A stretch of DNA of 64,000 bases, taken from a bacterium. GTDB taxonomy: Bacteria > UBA8248 > JACPRG01 > G963555815. The number at the start of each line of letters is the position of its first letter. Position 1 is the first letter of the stretch. Below the pieces are notes generated by a model. That model was not told where the DNA came from. It saw only the letters and a list, made by a program, of their open reading frames with translations, and searched no databases. The stretch covers positions 3,200,001-3,264,000 of the forward strand of contig OZ244653.1 in the NCBI GenBank assembly GCA_965218795.1, given 5' to 3'. The position numbers were made by a program, and so were the translations under genes. Shown piece after piece: positions 1 to 10,144 of the stretch.

Positions 1-972
1 GACCTCACGCCGCTCCCAGGAGCGAAGCACGAGAATCAGCGATACGGCCAGGACAGCGGCTCCAACGGTTACGTGCGACGTCGTCGGGATGACCGCCTTC
101 CGCGTCCAAATGGTCAAAGCGCCCAGAATGATTTGAAATGTCAGCAGAGCGGCGAGGCCGCACGCCGGGCGGATCAGCTTCGGATCATTCGAATGACGGC
201 GGAAGAGGACGGCAACCGTCCAGAAAACGAACCCCGTCACGGCGACAGCTCCCAGCCGGTGCATGAAATGAATCACCACACGAGGGTCGCTCAACGGCGG
301 AATCCATTGGCCAAACGCCAAAGGAAAGTCCGGTATCGAGAGGCCCGCATGGGTATGCCTCATCAGGGCTCCCAAGAGCAACTGGATAAAAACAGCCGCC
401 GTCGTGGCCATGCAGAGCTTTTGGATATCCGACGTGGTTCCGCTCGCCCCCACCCTTCCCGGGCCGCCCCAACGCGGGTGAGTGACCATGGCCAGCGCCA
501 CCGTTACACACAAGAAGGCTTGCGCCAGAAGGGCGTGCGTGACTGAAACCGCCGTCGGAAGCTCGAGCAGGACCGTGATCCCGCCCAGGAGACCCTGGAG
601 GATGACCGCGCCCAGAGCCGAAAGGGCCAGCCAACGGACCCACTTCCGCTTCTCCTTGACGCAAATCCAAACGGTGAGGACGACCGTGAGCAAGCCGACG
701 ATGCCGGCGGCCATCCGATGCCCGTGTTCGTAAAACACTCCGCCCACCATCTTCGGAAACACTTGGCCGAAGGCCAGGGGCCAATCCGGCACGGCCAAGC
801 CCGAGCCGGTGCTGGTCACCAAACCGCCGACGAAAATCAGTCCGAACGTGCACCAAGCCGTCAGGACCGCAAATCCGTGAATCCAGGGGGAGCGGTCCCT
901 CCCGGACGCACCATCGGCGAGAACTCGGATCGATGACTCTTGAGTCGATGCCCCCTGGTTTGAGAGCCCCAT
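1..972 (-). CDS. ctaA: Heme A synthase (CtaA/COX15 family), runs off the window edge
   Basis: Not in the ORF track (no stop in window). Manual translation from ATG at 972 gives ...FVGGLVTSTGSGLAVPDWPLAFG...FYEHGHRM...LQGLLGGITV...IHFMHRLG; lies directly downstream of coxA. Confidence 0.88.
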   Translation of the reverse strand, partial: MGLSNQGASTQESSIRVLADGASGRDRSPWIHGFAVLTAWCTFGLIFVGGLVTSTGSGLAVPDWPLAFGQVFPKMVGGVFYEHGHRMAAGIVGLLTVVLTVWICVKEKRKWVRWLALSALGAVILQGLLGGITVLLELPTAVSVTHALLAQAFLCVTVALAMVTHPRWGGPGRVGASGTTSDIQKLCMATTAAVFIQLLLGALMRHTHAGLSIPDFPLAFGQWIPPLSDPRVVIHFMHRLGAVAVTGFVFWTVAVLFRRHSNDPKLIRPACGLAALLTFQIILGALTIWTRKAVIPTTSHVTVGAAVLAVSLILVLRSWERREV

Positions 973-985
973 CGTGATCCTTCGG

Positions 986-2731
986 CTAATGGGCCGAAGC
1001 CGCTGAGGTTTCGAGCCTCTTGGTTTGCGGGAGCCAATCTTCTTCCACCTCGGCGGAACTGTACTCGTACGGGCCGCGATAAACCGTCACCGGCTCCGGG
1101 AAGTTTCCGTGCGGGACCGGCGTGGGCGCTGCCCATTCGACGGTATTGGCCTCCCACGGATTGACCTCGGCCTTTTTCCCCTTCGCCAGGCTGTAGATGA
1201 AGTTGACGGCGAAAACGAGCTGGAAGGCCCCCAGCAAAAGGGCGCTGATGGTCACGAATTCGTTCATGGGTTGAAGCGGCTTGAGGAATTCGTACTGAAG
1301 GGGATTGTAGATCCGCCGCATCATGCCACCGGTCCCCAGAAAGTGCATGGGGAAGAAAGTCAGGTTGAAGAAGACAAAGGTCCCCCAGAAATGGATATGA
1401 CCCAGCGGGCGATTCATCTCCTTTCCGAACATCTTTGGAAACCAATAGTAGATGCCCGCGAAGATTCCGAAAAAGCTTCCACCGAAGACCACATAGTGGA
1501 TATGGGCCACGATGAAATAGGTGTCGTGGATATACATGTCGACGGGGGTGGAGGCCATGAAGATGCCGCTCAATCCCCCGATGACGAACATCGACACAAA
1601 AGCCAAGCCGTTCAACATGGGGACCGTGAAGCGGATTTGTCCGCCCCAAAGGGTCCCCAGCCAATTGAACGTCTTGATGGCCGAGGGAACAGCGATAATC
1701 AGGGTTGTGATCATGAAGCTGGATCCCAGCGTCGGGTTCATCCCGCTCTGGAACATGTGGTGACCCCACACGATAAAGCCGAGGAAGCCTATGGCAATCA
1801 TCGCGTAGGCCATCGAGCGGTACCCGAAGATGGGCTTGCGCGAGAACGTCGAGAGAACATCCGAGCCGATGCCCATGGCCGGCAGGATCAGGACATACAC
1901 CTCCGGATGGCCGAAGAACCAGAACACGTGCTGCCACAGGAGCGGGTCGCCGCCGCCTTCGGGCAGGAAAAAGCTGGAGCCCAGGGTCCGGTCAAAGAGC
2001 AGCATGGCCAGCCCGGCGGTCAGCACGGGCAACGCGAGCAACAGGAGGATAGCGACGACGAACAATGACCAGAGCACCAGGGGGAGCCGGAAGTACGTCA
2101 TTCCCCGGGCCCGCATATTGATGACGGTCGTGATGTAGTTGATGGAGCCCGCGAGGGAGGAAAACGCCAGGATGATCAGGCTGATGATCCAAAGGTCCAT
2201 CCCCAATCCCACACCGGTGTATTCAGCCTTGGCGGACAAGGGCGCATAGGCCGTCCACCCTCCGGCCGAATGTCCTCCGGGCACGGCAAACCCGATGAGC
2301 ATGACGATTGCCGCGATGATGGCCAGCCATACGGACAGCATATTCAGCTTGGGAAACGCCATGTCCGGCGCGCCAATCATCAGCGGAATCAGATAGTTGC
2401 CGAAACACCCCACCAGGATGGGCATAATGACGAAGAAGACCATGATGGTGGCGTGCATCGTGAAGAGCATGTTGTAGAACTCGGGCGGGATGATGCCCCC
2501 ATACATATAGGGCTCGGGCACCCAACCGAAACCGGGCATGGGTTGCTCCGGGTAACCCAGCTGCCACCGGACCATCATGGCGAACAGCCCCCCGAAGATC
2601 ATCATGATGAGACCGAGCCAGAGGAACTGCTTGGCGATCATCTTGTGGTCAGTCGAGAAAACGTACGTTTGGACGAAACCCAAATCGTGCTCATGACCGT
2701 GCGCCGCGTGCGCGGCAGCCGCTTCACTCAT
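986..2731 (-). CDS. ctaD: Cytochrome c oxidase subunit I (A-type heme-copper oxidase)
   Basis: STDHK, TMHATIM, FWFFGHPEVY, VWGHHMF and HDTYFIVAHIHYV motifs. Confidence 0.97.
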   Translation of the reverse strand: MSEAAAAHAAHGHEHDLGFVQTYVFSTDHKMIAKQFLWLGLIMMIFGGLFAMMVRWQLGYPEQPMPGFGWVPEPYMYGGIIPPEFYNMLFTMHATIMVFFVIMPILVGCFGNYLIPLMIGAPDMAFPKLNMLSVWLAIIAAIVMLIGFAVPGGHSAGGWTAYAPLSAKAEYTGVGLGMDLWIISLIILAFSSLAGSINYITTVINMRARGMTYFRLPLVLWSLFVVAILLLLALPVLTAGLAMLLFDRTLGSSFFLPEGGGDPLLWQHVFWFFGHPEVYVLILPAMGIGSDVLSTFSRKPIFGYRSMAYAMIAIGFLGFIVWGHHMFQSGMNPTLGSSFMITTLIIAVPSAIKTFNWLGTLWGGQIRFTVPMLNGLAFVSMFVIGGLSGIFMASTPVDMYIHDTYFIVAHIHYVVFGGSFFGIFAGIYYWFPKMFGKEMNRPLGHIHFWGTFVFFNLTFFPMHFLGTGGMMRRIYNPLQYEFLKPLQPMNEFVTISALLLGAFQLVFAVNFIYSLAKGKKAEVNPWEANTVEWAAPTPVPHGNFPEPVTVYRGPYEYSSAEVEEDWLPQTKRLETSAASAH

Positions 2732-2807
2732 CGCTCACCCTTTTTGTACGGAGATTTTGTTCGAGGGATCACCCTGTCCGCCATTCGTCCTGCCCACTCA
2801 ACGGGGT

Positions 2808-3467
2808 CTACGTGGACGGCCAGGTCTTCTTCACCCAAGCCGAGTAATCTTCCGGAGAATGCACAACCAGCCTGCCATTCATCCCGGAGTGGCCGAAACC
2901 GCAAAGCTCGGCGCACGGGATTTCATACGTCCCCGGCTTGGTGGCCTCGAACCAGGCGGGGATGACACGCCCGGGAACGATATCCTGCTTCAGCCTCAGG
3001 TTGGGGACGAAGAAGCTGTGAATCACATCCTTCGCGGTCATGTCGATGCGCACAACCTTGTCCACCGGAACGTGCATCTCGTTCTCCAAGGTGACGTCAT
3101 CCTTGGTCCCGAACTTCTTGTCCGGGCCCGGGTAGGTCATATCCCAGTTGAACTGTTTCGCGTGGACGTTGACGTGAATCTCGCCCGGCGGCATATCGAT
3201 TTTGATTTTTCCCCAGGAAGACTGACCCATAATCGCCAGAATGACGAGAATGATGGCCGGGACGATGGTCCAGACGACCTCCAGGGTATTGTTGCCGTGG
3301 GTGTATTTGGCCCGGCCCCCTTCCCGGCGGCGGTACTTGATCAGAAACCATATCATCGCGACAGCCACCAGAATGAATGCGATCATGGTGACGTAGTAAA
3401 TGATATAAAACATGCGGTCGATTTCCGCCCCGTAGGTCGAAACGTTTTCCGGCAGCCAGTTGAGCAT
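2808..3467 (-). CDS. ctaC: Cytochrome c oxidase subunit II
   Basis: Two TM helices (LEVVWTIVP), DVIHSF and CuA motif CAELCGFGHSGM; no fused cytochrome c. Confidence 0.95.
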   Translation of the reverse strand: MLNWLPENVSTYGAEIDRMFYIIYYVTMIAFILVAVAMIWFLIKYRRREGGRAKYTHGNNTLEVVWTIVPAIILVILAIMGQSSWGKIKIDMPPGEIHVNVHAKQFNWDMTYPGPDKKFGTKDDVTLENEMHVPVDKVVRIDMTAKDVIHSFFVPNLRLKQDIVPGRVIPAWFEATKPGTYEIPCAELCGFGHSGMNGRLVVHSPEDYSAWVKKTWPST

Positions 3468-3616
3468 GGGCCTTTTCTTATCCTTCTGATTGGGAACGGT
3501 CGTTAAACGGAAGGTGCCTTTCGGAATCGGCGCCGAGCCTTCCCCCCGCCTCTACGTCATCACCGGCTCATTGGGGGAATGCCTGCAAGCGGCGGCTCCC
3601 CTTCCCGCCATACGTC

Positions 3617-4357
3617 CTATTTCTTCATCGATACGGTCACGGATGCGGTTTCCTTGGCCTTGACCGTCACCGCCTGGACGGATGCGCCCAGGGTTTCGTG
3701 CCAGATCTCGAGCTTATAGTCCCCCGGCGGAATGTTGGTCAGCTCGAACTTCCCATCCTCGCCCGTCACCGCATGGTAAGGGTGCTCGGCCACGACGACG
3801 TAGCCATTCATCCATCCGTGAACGTCGCACTTGACATTCATGATCTCGGGCTTGGAAAAGTATGTCTTGCCCTTCAGGCCCATTTTCTTCAGAAACTTCG
3901 GCTGGGCCCGATTGACGGTCTTGTTTTTCTTCGGGAAGGTGTGAAAGTTGTGCAGGATTCCGTCATTGTTCAGGATATTGATCGACCGCTTCATCCGAAG
4001 CAGCCGGACATGCGGAGTGAAGACGCAGCCTTTTTGGTCAATGGACCGCTGCTTTTTCCCCCAGATTTTCTTCTTCCACTTCTTCCCGGACTTGATGTCC
4101 ATCAGTCGGGCGACCGCCCAACGCACGCCGCCTTCCGAACCCACCACCAGGCTTTCATCCTGAATCGGACTCTTCGCGCAAACGTCCTTGTTCTTGTTGG
4201 CTTCCAAATTCCTGGGAGAAGGGGCTTCCCCGTCCAACTTCACCACCCCGCTGATGGCGCCGCCTTCAAACCCCTTCTTGTATTTGTAGGCCGATGCCGT
4301 TGTCGCCAACGACAGCCCCACGCCCAGAACCATCAAACCCAGCACACTTCTTCGCAT
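3617..4357 (-). CDS. Secreted protein with cupredoxin-like and carboxypeptidase-regulatory-like domains
   Basis: Signal peptide from MRRSVLGL; IDQKGCVFTPHV, NNDGILHNFH, KCDVHGWM, HPYHAVTGEDGKFEL..IPPGDY..WHE. Confidence 0.75.
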   Translation of the reverse strand: MRRSVLGLMVLGVGLSLATTASAYKYKKGFEGGAISGVVKLDGEAPSPRNLEANKNKDVCAKSPIQDESLVVGSEGGVRWAVARLMDIKSGKKWKKKIWGKKQRSIDQKGCVFTPHVRLLRMKRSINILNNDGILHNFHTFPKKNKTVNRAQPKFLKKMGLKGKTYFSKPEIMNVKCDVHGWMNGYVVVAEHPYHAVTGEDGKFELTNIPPGDYKLEIWHETLGASVQAVTVKAKETASVTVSMKK

Positions 4358-4523
4358 GTCCGGTTCATCCTTTACTTTGAAAAACTGACGTGTTCTTCGC
4401 ACGCTCCTTTCTTCCCAGTCTTCGCGCCGGGAAGATTCACGGGGAACGCATAACGGTTGGAAAATTGACGCGGAGCAATACCTGAACGTCTCGTTCCGCC
4501 AGCCCACTGGAGCTTTGAAAATC

Positions 4524-4584
4524 TTGTGAAATGAATCACATCTTTCAGGACTATATCATGTTGAAGGAGGGGTAGCCGTGTCAA
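4524..4584 (-). promoter_or_regulatory. Sigma70-like promoter (TTGACA-18-CATGAT) with downstream TGTGA-N6-TCACA operator for the cox cluster
   Basis: tgtcaa at 4579-4584, atcatg at 4555-4560, ttgtgaaatgaatcacat at 4524-4541. Confidence 0.55.
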
Positions 4585-4949
4585 GACAAAGCAAGAAAAA
4601 AATGAGGCATGATTTCCGCTTCGTTCGAAGCCTGTCCAGCGGAACCTCGTGATTCGGGTACGTACTGGATGGGCTGAACTCCGCCCCCTGACGCTGCCTC
4701 CCGCGCGGGCCGCGTCCCCTTCCCCGAACCGCCGCCCTTGTTCCCACCGAACACGGCGTCATTCGAGGGAACAGACACGGGAGACAGCCCATGCGCATCC
4801 ATGCAAACATCAATGAACGGACCCTACGCTTAAAAAAACCCTCAACCACGTTCACTTTGTCGCATTGTTCACTTTTCCGCTTTAGTCTCACTTTCTTGTA
4901 GGAGTTGCTGAGCATATGTCATGATTTCGCCCGCCTCCTTGCTCGCCGG

Positions 4950-5387
4950 TTATCGCAAGTGGGCGGTCTCGATATCACCCCAGTGTTCGTTCAGATATTC
5001 CGCTACGAGCCGACGGTGGCAGTGGTGCGGCTGATCTTCGCTACACAGGAGACAACCGTCGCTTAGAACATCTTTTGGAGTCGTCTCCTCGATGCGCCGC
5101 TCGCGCATCAGTTCGATGAAGCGGGTTTCATAAGTCTCCCAGCCCACGGCTCCTGATCGATACTCGCGCAACAACTCCTTCGTGGGGGCGAGGCTCGGCA
5201 GATGAACATAGCCCATCCCGCAAATCTCTTCGAGGAAGTACGCGAGACCGTCCTTCTTGGCGAAACCAGCGAGTTGCTACCCGTTGTTGATTCGCACGTC
5301 CAATATCCGCTTCACACCCGATTCACGCAGCAAGTCGAAGAAACGGCGCGCCGACTTCTTGGTGAATCCGATGGTGAATAACTTCAT
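4950..5387 (-). pseudogene. DUF488 family protein interrupted by one in-frame TAG
   Basis: MKLFTIGFTKKSA...LDVRINNG*QLAGFAKK...LAPT...CLLCSEDQPHHCHRRLVAE; stop at 5277-5279, same frame on both sides. Confidence 0.8.
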
Positions 5388-6010
5388 TGGATTGCTCCAG
5401 TGGAAGTCTTGGCCGGATTCTCGTCCACGAAGGCAACACGTCTTGCCTGGCGCTCCACTGCCTCGGCGATCAGAGCCTTCCGCGTCAGGAATAGCTCGCC
5501 CTCGGGTCGTAGGTTGAAGCGCTCAAGCAGGCGATCCATCGCCTCGCCGTGAGTCTCCAACTCGCCGCCGGCGTGGATGTGGGCGACCTCGACACCACGT
5601 TCGTCGAGCGCTTGGGCGATGAGGAGCGTCCGGTGGCAGTCGAGCGGCTCCTTTTCCGCGCACATGAGCGCGATCCGGTGTCTGACGACCCCACGAACGA
5701 CACGGTTGAGTCCATGTTGGAACGACTCGGTTGCGACGACCCGGTCATAGCGGATACGCCCGTTCTCGTAACATTCGGGGTCGGCGGATCGACCGCCTAG
5801 CTCGCAGCCCAGATACACGTACTCGGTCCCGCCCGCCTTGAGGACATCGACGAGCGAGTCACGATTGAACTGAGGATTGAAGCGACTGTATGGCGCCGAG
5901 CGGACATCGGCCAAGGCAGTGACGTGATGTTGTTGCAGAAGAGCAATAAAGGCGTCCAGGGTGTGGGTGGAATGGCCGATGGTGAGGATGGGGATATCGG
6001 TCTTGTTCAT
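5384..6010 (-). CDS. DUF488 family protein
   Basis: TIGHS, ADVRSAPYSR, ELGGR, ALMCAEKEPLDCHR motifs. Confidence 0.88.
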   Translation of the reverse strand: MNKTDIPILTIGHSTHTLDAFIALLQQHHVTALADVRSAPYSRFNPQFNRDSLVDVLKAGGTEYVYLGCELGGRSADPECYENGRIRYDRVVATESFQHGLNRVVRGVVRHRIALMCAEKEPLDCHRTLLIAQALDERGVEVAHIHAGGELETHGEAMDRLLERFNLRPEGELFLTRKALIAEAVERQARRVAFVDENPAKTSTGAIQ

Positions 6011-6030
6011 GGCGTTATCGTTACTCGATT

Positions 6031-6282
6031 TCAATCTTCAATGACAGCCGCGATCAGCTTGTAGACGTTGCCTTGGTATGGTTCCCCGAGGCTGATGGTG
6101 AGGTAGCAATTATCGAGTTCATACTGACGCTCGTTTTCGGATGCCGCCTGATTATCGCGCTCACTGACAGGTCGAATCCAGTCGCCGGCTCCCTGCTTCT
6201 CGGACCATTCCCGGCCGGCGACGCACCGTCCAGACAACTTTCGAGAGTTCGCCAGACAGACGATGCGCTTCCAATCGGACAT
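6031..6282 (-). pseudogene. Dual OB-containing domain protein, apparently internally deleted in frame
   Basis: N-terminal IVCLANSRKLSGRCVAG..WIRPVS joined almost directly to C-terminal YLTISLGEP..YKLIAAVI in only 83 aa. Confidence 0.65.
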
Positions 6283-6442
6283 GATTGATTTCCTCTCGTC
6301 CCCTACTCGACGGTCAAATCATGAGCCGCTACTTAAGTTGCTTGCCATAACCGACTCCGAAAAGCGCCCCGACACCCTATTACCAAGAAGCCGATGCACA
6401 GGTTGCCACGCATCTCAGTTCCCTTCAAGCGCATTTGGGAGG

Positions 6443-6540
6443 ACGGTGCAGAACGAGTATTACTGGCTCGCCGCGATCGGGCTTCTCATGAGCGCGGTCC
6501 CGATGTACTACTATGGGCGCATCATCATGGTGCCGTTCAC
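6443..6540 (+). pseudogene. Fragment resembling the C-terminal helix of NuoN/MrpD-type antiporter-like subunits
   Basis: VQNEYYWLAAIGLLMSAVPMYYYGRIIMVPF; no rest of gene present. Confidence 0.45.
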
Positions 6541-7197
6541 GGAAAACCGGGGGGAGGGCCAGGGTGAGGGAAACTGGATTCCTGCCTGCGCAGTACGCCA
6601 GGGGGGGGTCGCAACGGCGAGGCATTTGCTGACTCCGCACTACGCCGAAGGCCGAGGCCAGGACGGTCTGCGTGGAGGCCGGACTCGGCAGGTTGCCCCA
6701 AGCACGCCGGCATTCTCGCTCGTCCTCCTGTGTCCACTCTGCATTACTGTTGGTTTCGTTCTCCAAACGTTGCAGGTGCTGCCCGGAATCCACCCGTATC
6801 GGGTTACCGCCTTCGTAGCCATTATCACGTTCAGAAAGTCCGCACGATTGAACACCTTGTAGTTGCAATTTTCTATTTCCAATGCGGCGATCGACCACGC
6901 GAGGCTGATTGCCTGTCTTGAGATGGATCGGGTAGAGATGTCCCTTCGCAACCTCGCCAATCTGCGTGCTACCCTCTATTGCATGGTTGTAGTACCTCGA
7001 CAGTTGTTCGTCGTGGTCCTTCGTGCTCGTCTTGTCCTCGATCAAGGTTGAGCCGAACCCGATGACGAACGGCCGCCTGGAAAGCTCCATGAAATTGACA
7101 CAACCCCCCTCCAATCCATAGGATGACGGTATTCGAAGATTCGCGATTCGAGCCGGGGAACCGGTGTCCAAAACCTCGGTCCATCGAACCCGACCGA

Positions 7198-7258
7198 TCC
7201 CTCACCCCGTCCCTCTCCACCATGGGAGGGAGAGAGTGGCCGAAGGTCGGGTGAGGGG
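7198..7258. repeat. REP-like palindrome of CCCTCACCC...GGGTGAGGG family
   Basis: ccctcacccc..ccctctcc..ggagggagag..gggtgagggg; related arms at about 6549-6570 and 37960-37995. Confidence 0.6.
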
Positions 7259-7274
7259 AAACCAGGGGAAAACC

Positions 7275-7988
7275 ATGGCGTTCAAGGAGCACCGAGTCGT
7301 CGATCTGACACAAGACCTGTACCAAGGCCAGCCGGTCTTCGTCGGGCACCCCGAGACCAAAGTCTGGGACTGCATGACCCACAAGAAGTCGGCCGCATCG
7401 GGCCGGTTCGTCAGTGAGATGAGTTATACGGCCAAGGTCATCCAACTCTGCGAGCACGGCCCGACGCACGTCGACTCCATCAGCCACATCGATCCCCGGC
7501 CGGGCGCTCCGAGCATCGACAAGATGCCGCTCGATTTCTTTTACAACGAAGCCATCTGCATCGACCTGTCCGATACCGAGCCCCGCACCTCCATCCCGCG
7601 CGGGCGAATCGAGCAGGAACTCGAGAAAACCGGTCTCGACATCCCGGAGGGCGGGACTCTCCTTTTTCACCTGGGGCACTACAACCGGTTTTATCCCTCG
7701 CCGGAATATTCGACTCAGTACGGGGGCCTGAGCGCCGAAGCGGCGGAATTCATTTACGTGGAAAAAGGAGCGCTCAACATCGGGACAGACGCGCCCAGCA
7801 TCGATAATGCCGCCGACAATGCGTTTCCCTGCCACGTTATCTGCCGCCATCACCAGCGAACCAACACCGAGAACCTCTGTCACCTGGAGGAGCTGGCGGG
7901 CCAGCGGTTTCTCTTCATCGGCCTTCCGCTCAAAATTCGCGAGGGCACGGGCTCGCCAATCCGGGCCGTAGCCGTCCTTGGCGCCTAG
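7275..7988 (+). CDS. Cyclase family protein (kynurenine formamidase-like metal hydrolase)
   Basis: VVDLT, EHGPTHVDSISH, GTDAPSID, ENL, PLKIREGTGSPIRAVA. Confidence 0.9.
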   Translation: MAFKEHRVVDLTQDLYQGQPVFVGHPETKVWDCMTHKKSAASGRFVSEMSYTAKVIQLCEHGPTHVDSISHIDPRPGAPSIDKMPLDFFYNEAICIDLSDTEPRTSIPRGRIEQELEKTGLDIPEGGTLLFHLGHYNRFYPSPEYSTQYGGLSAEAAEFIYVEKGALNIGTDAPSIDNAADNAFPCHVICRHHQRTNTENLCHLEELAGQRFLFIGLPLKIREGTGSPIRAVAVLGA

Positions 7989-8281
7989 CGTGGACCCGCA
8001 TCCCGCCTTCTCCCGTGCGGAGAATCACGGGCCACGGGACAGGCTCTTCGACTGAAACACTCGGGGACAGCCCCGGCCGCCTGGGGCGATGATTTGCTCC
8101 ATTCCCTCCTCTCCCTCATCGCCGTATGATGCGGCTCGTCCAATCCCCATCCGGATTGACAGGGACTGCGGTTTCTTGCTTGAATGACCGGATTTTCAGG
8201 CTCCAGGATCCATGACAACGGCGTGAGGAAATTCGACCGTTTCAGAAGCTTCGAGGATTACCCACTCATGGCGGACGAGAC

Positions 8282-10120
8282 ATGAAAGAGAGAACAGAAA
8301 GAATCATGCGGCGCGCGGCGTGCGTAATGGTGGCGGGAAAGAGAACGCTCGTCCTGCTGATGCTGGCCGGCGTGATGATCGCCCAACAGGCGAATGCGGT
8401 CGATCTGCCGCGCAACGAGGCCGGCGTCACGGGCTCTTTCGACACGACCCTTTCGGTCGGCGCCGCGGTTCGGGCCGGGGACCGGGACGACCGCCTGATC
8501 GGCCTCGCCAACGGCGGTTCCGCGTACTCGATCAACGGCGACAACGGCAACCTCAACTACGACAAGGGCGAACTCGTCTCCGCCAACGTGAAGGTGACGC
8601 ACGAGTTGCTGCTGGAGTGGAAGAACTTCGGCTTCTTCGGCCGGGCTTTCTACTTCTACGACCACGCGGTCATGAACCGGGAGACCGACCGTACGCCCCT
8701 GTCGAACGATGCGGAGGAACTCGTCGGCCGCGACATCGTGTTGCGGGACGCTTATGTATCCGGCGATTTCGACGTCTCGGGAGCCCCGGTGTCGGTGCGC
8801 GCCGGCAACCAGGTGATGAGCTGGGGCGAGAGCGTCTTCATCCGCAACGGCATCAACTCGATCAACCCGGTCGACGTCTCCAGATTCCGTATCGCCGGCG
8901 CCGAGTTGCGGGACGGGCTCGTACCGATTCCGGCGATCAACGTCAAGGCCGGCATTGGCGAGAATCTGTCCTTCGAGGCTTTCTATCAACTCGACTGGGT
9001 CAACACCGAGATCGAGCCGGAAGGCACGTTCTTCTCGACCAGAGACCACGTAAGCCCGGGCGGCCGTTTCGCCCATCTCGGGTTCGGCCTGCCGGGCGCC
9101 GCCACCGATGATCCGCCGGGCCCCTGCGCCAGACCGCCGATCTGTGCGAACGTGCCTCGCGCCGACGACCGGGAGGCCGGCGACGGGGGCCAGTTCGGCC
9201 TTGCGCTGCGCTATTTCGCCCCGGCGCTGAACGGCACCGAGTTCGGCCTCTATTATACCCGCATCCACAGTCGTCTCCCGCTGGTCTCCGGCCGCACGGG
9301 CACGCCGGCGGGGGTATTCGCCCGAGACTACGCCGGCACGATGCGCTATTTCCGGGAGTTCCCGGAAGACATCGACATTTACGGCGCGAGCTTCAACACC
9401 GAGATCGGAGCCACGGGCTTCGCCTTGCAGGGAGAGGTTTCCTACCGCCGCGGCCAGCCGCTGCAGATCGACGACGTGGAGATTCTGTTCTCCGCCCTGT
9501 CGCCTCTCCGCAATGTCCCGGTCCCTCAATTAGCGCGCGCCGGCGCGGCCTTCGGACAGAGCCAGCTCGGGGCCCGGGGCTTCGATGAGGAGATCACCGG
9601 CTTCCGCCGCAAGGATGTCGTGCAGGCGCAGATGGCCGTTTCCAAGATTCTGGGGCCCCGGCTCGGCGCCGACGGGTTGATCTTCCTGGTCGAGGCGGGC
9701 TTCACCCATGTGCGCGACATGGAGGACAAGTCGGAGCTCCGCTACGATGGACCGGGCACGACGACCAGCGCCAATCCGTTCTTCACGGCGGCGGGCATTC
9801 AGCCGGCAACCCAAGACGGCGGCTTCGCCGATCCGTTTTCCTGGGGCTACCGGGCGATCGCGCGGGCGACCTACAACAACGCCATCGGACCCGTGAACCT
9901 GACGCCGCAGGTCTCGTTCTCTCATGACGTGAACGGCACGGCGCCGGCGCCGATCGGCAATTTCGTCGAGAACCGGAAGACGATCACGCTGTCGATCGGA
10001 GCGAACTATCTGAACTCCTGGCGGGCCAGTATTTCCTACACGAACTCCTTCGACGGCGGCGGTTTCAATCTCGTGAACGATCGCGACTACCTGCAGTTCG
10101 CGGCAAGCTATTCCTTCTGA
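8282..10120 (+). CDS. DUF1302 family outer-membrane protein (start may be slightly downstream)
   Basis: NGDNGNLNYDKG, RAGNQVMSWGES, INSINPVD, C-terminal DRDYLQFAASYSF; first gene of canonical cluster. Confidence 0.88.
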   Translation: MKERTERIMRRAACVMVAGKRTLVLLMLAGVMIAQQANAVDLPRNEAGVTGSFDTTLSVGAAVRAGDRDDRLIGLANGGSAYSINGDNGNLNYDKGELVSANVKVTHELLLEWKNFGFFGRAFYFYDHAVMNRETDRTPLSNDAEELVGRDIVLRDAYVSGDFDVSGAPVSVRAGNQVMSWGESVFIRNGINSINPVDVSRFRIAGAELRDGLVPIPAINVKAGIGENLSFEAFYQLDWVNTEIEPEGTFFSTRDHVSPGGRFAHLGFGLPGAATDDPPGPCARPPICANVPRADDREAGDGGQFGLALRYFAPALNGTEFGLYYTRIHSRLPLVSGRTGTPAGVFARDYAGTMRYFREFPEDIDIYGASFNTEIGATGFALQGEVSYRRGQPLQIDDVEILFSALSPLRNVPVPQLARAGAAFGQSQLGARGFDEEITGFRRKDVVQAQMAVSKILGPRLGADGLIFLVEAGFTHVRDMEDKSELRYDGPGTTTSANPFFTAAGIQPATQDGGFADPFSWGYRAIARATYNNAIGPVNLTPQVSFSHDVNGTAPAPIGNFVENRKTITLSIGANYLNSWRASISYTNSFDGGGFNLVNDRDYLQFAASYSF

Positions 10121-10144
10121 GTCAGAGATGGGGGAGCGGATACA

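Noticed and set aside
73-936. Track ORFs at the window start
   Set aside because: They overlap the real minus-strand heme A synthase frame, which the track missed.
6600-7171. Low-GC ORF fragments
   Set aside because: No frame gives a recognisable protein; probably debris, so no call is made.
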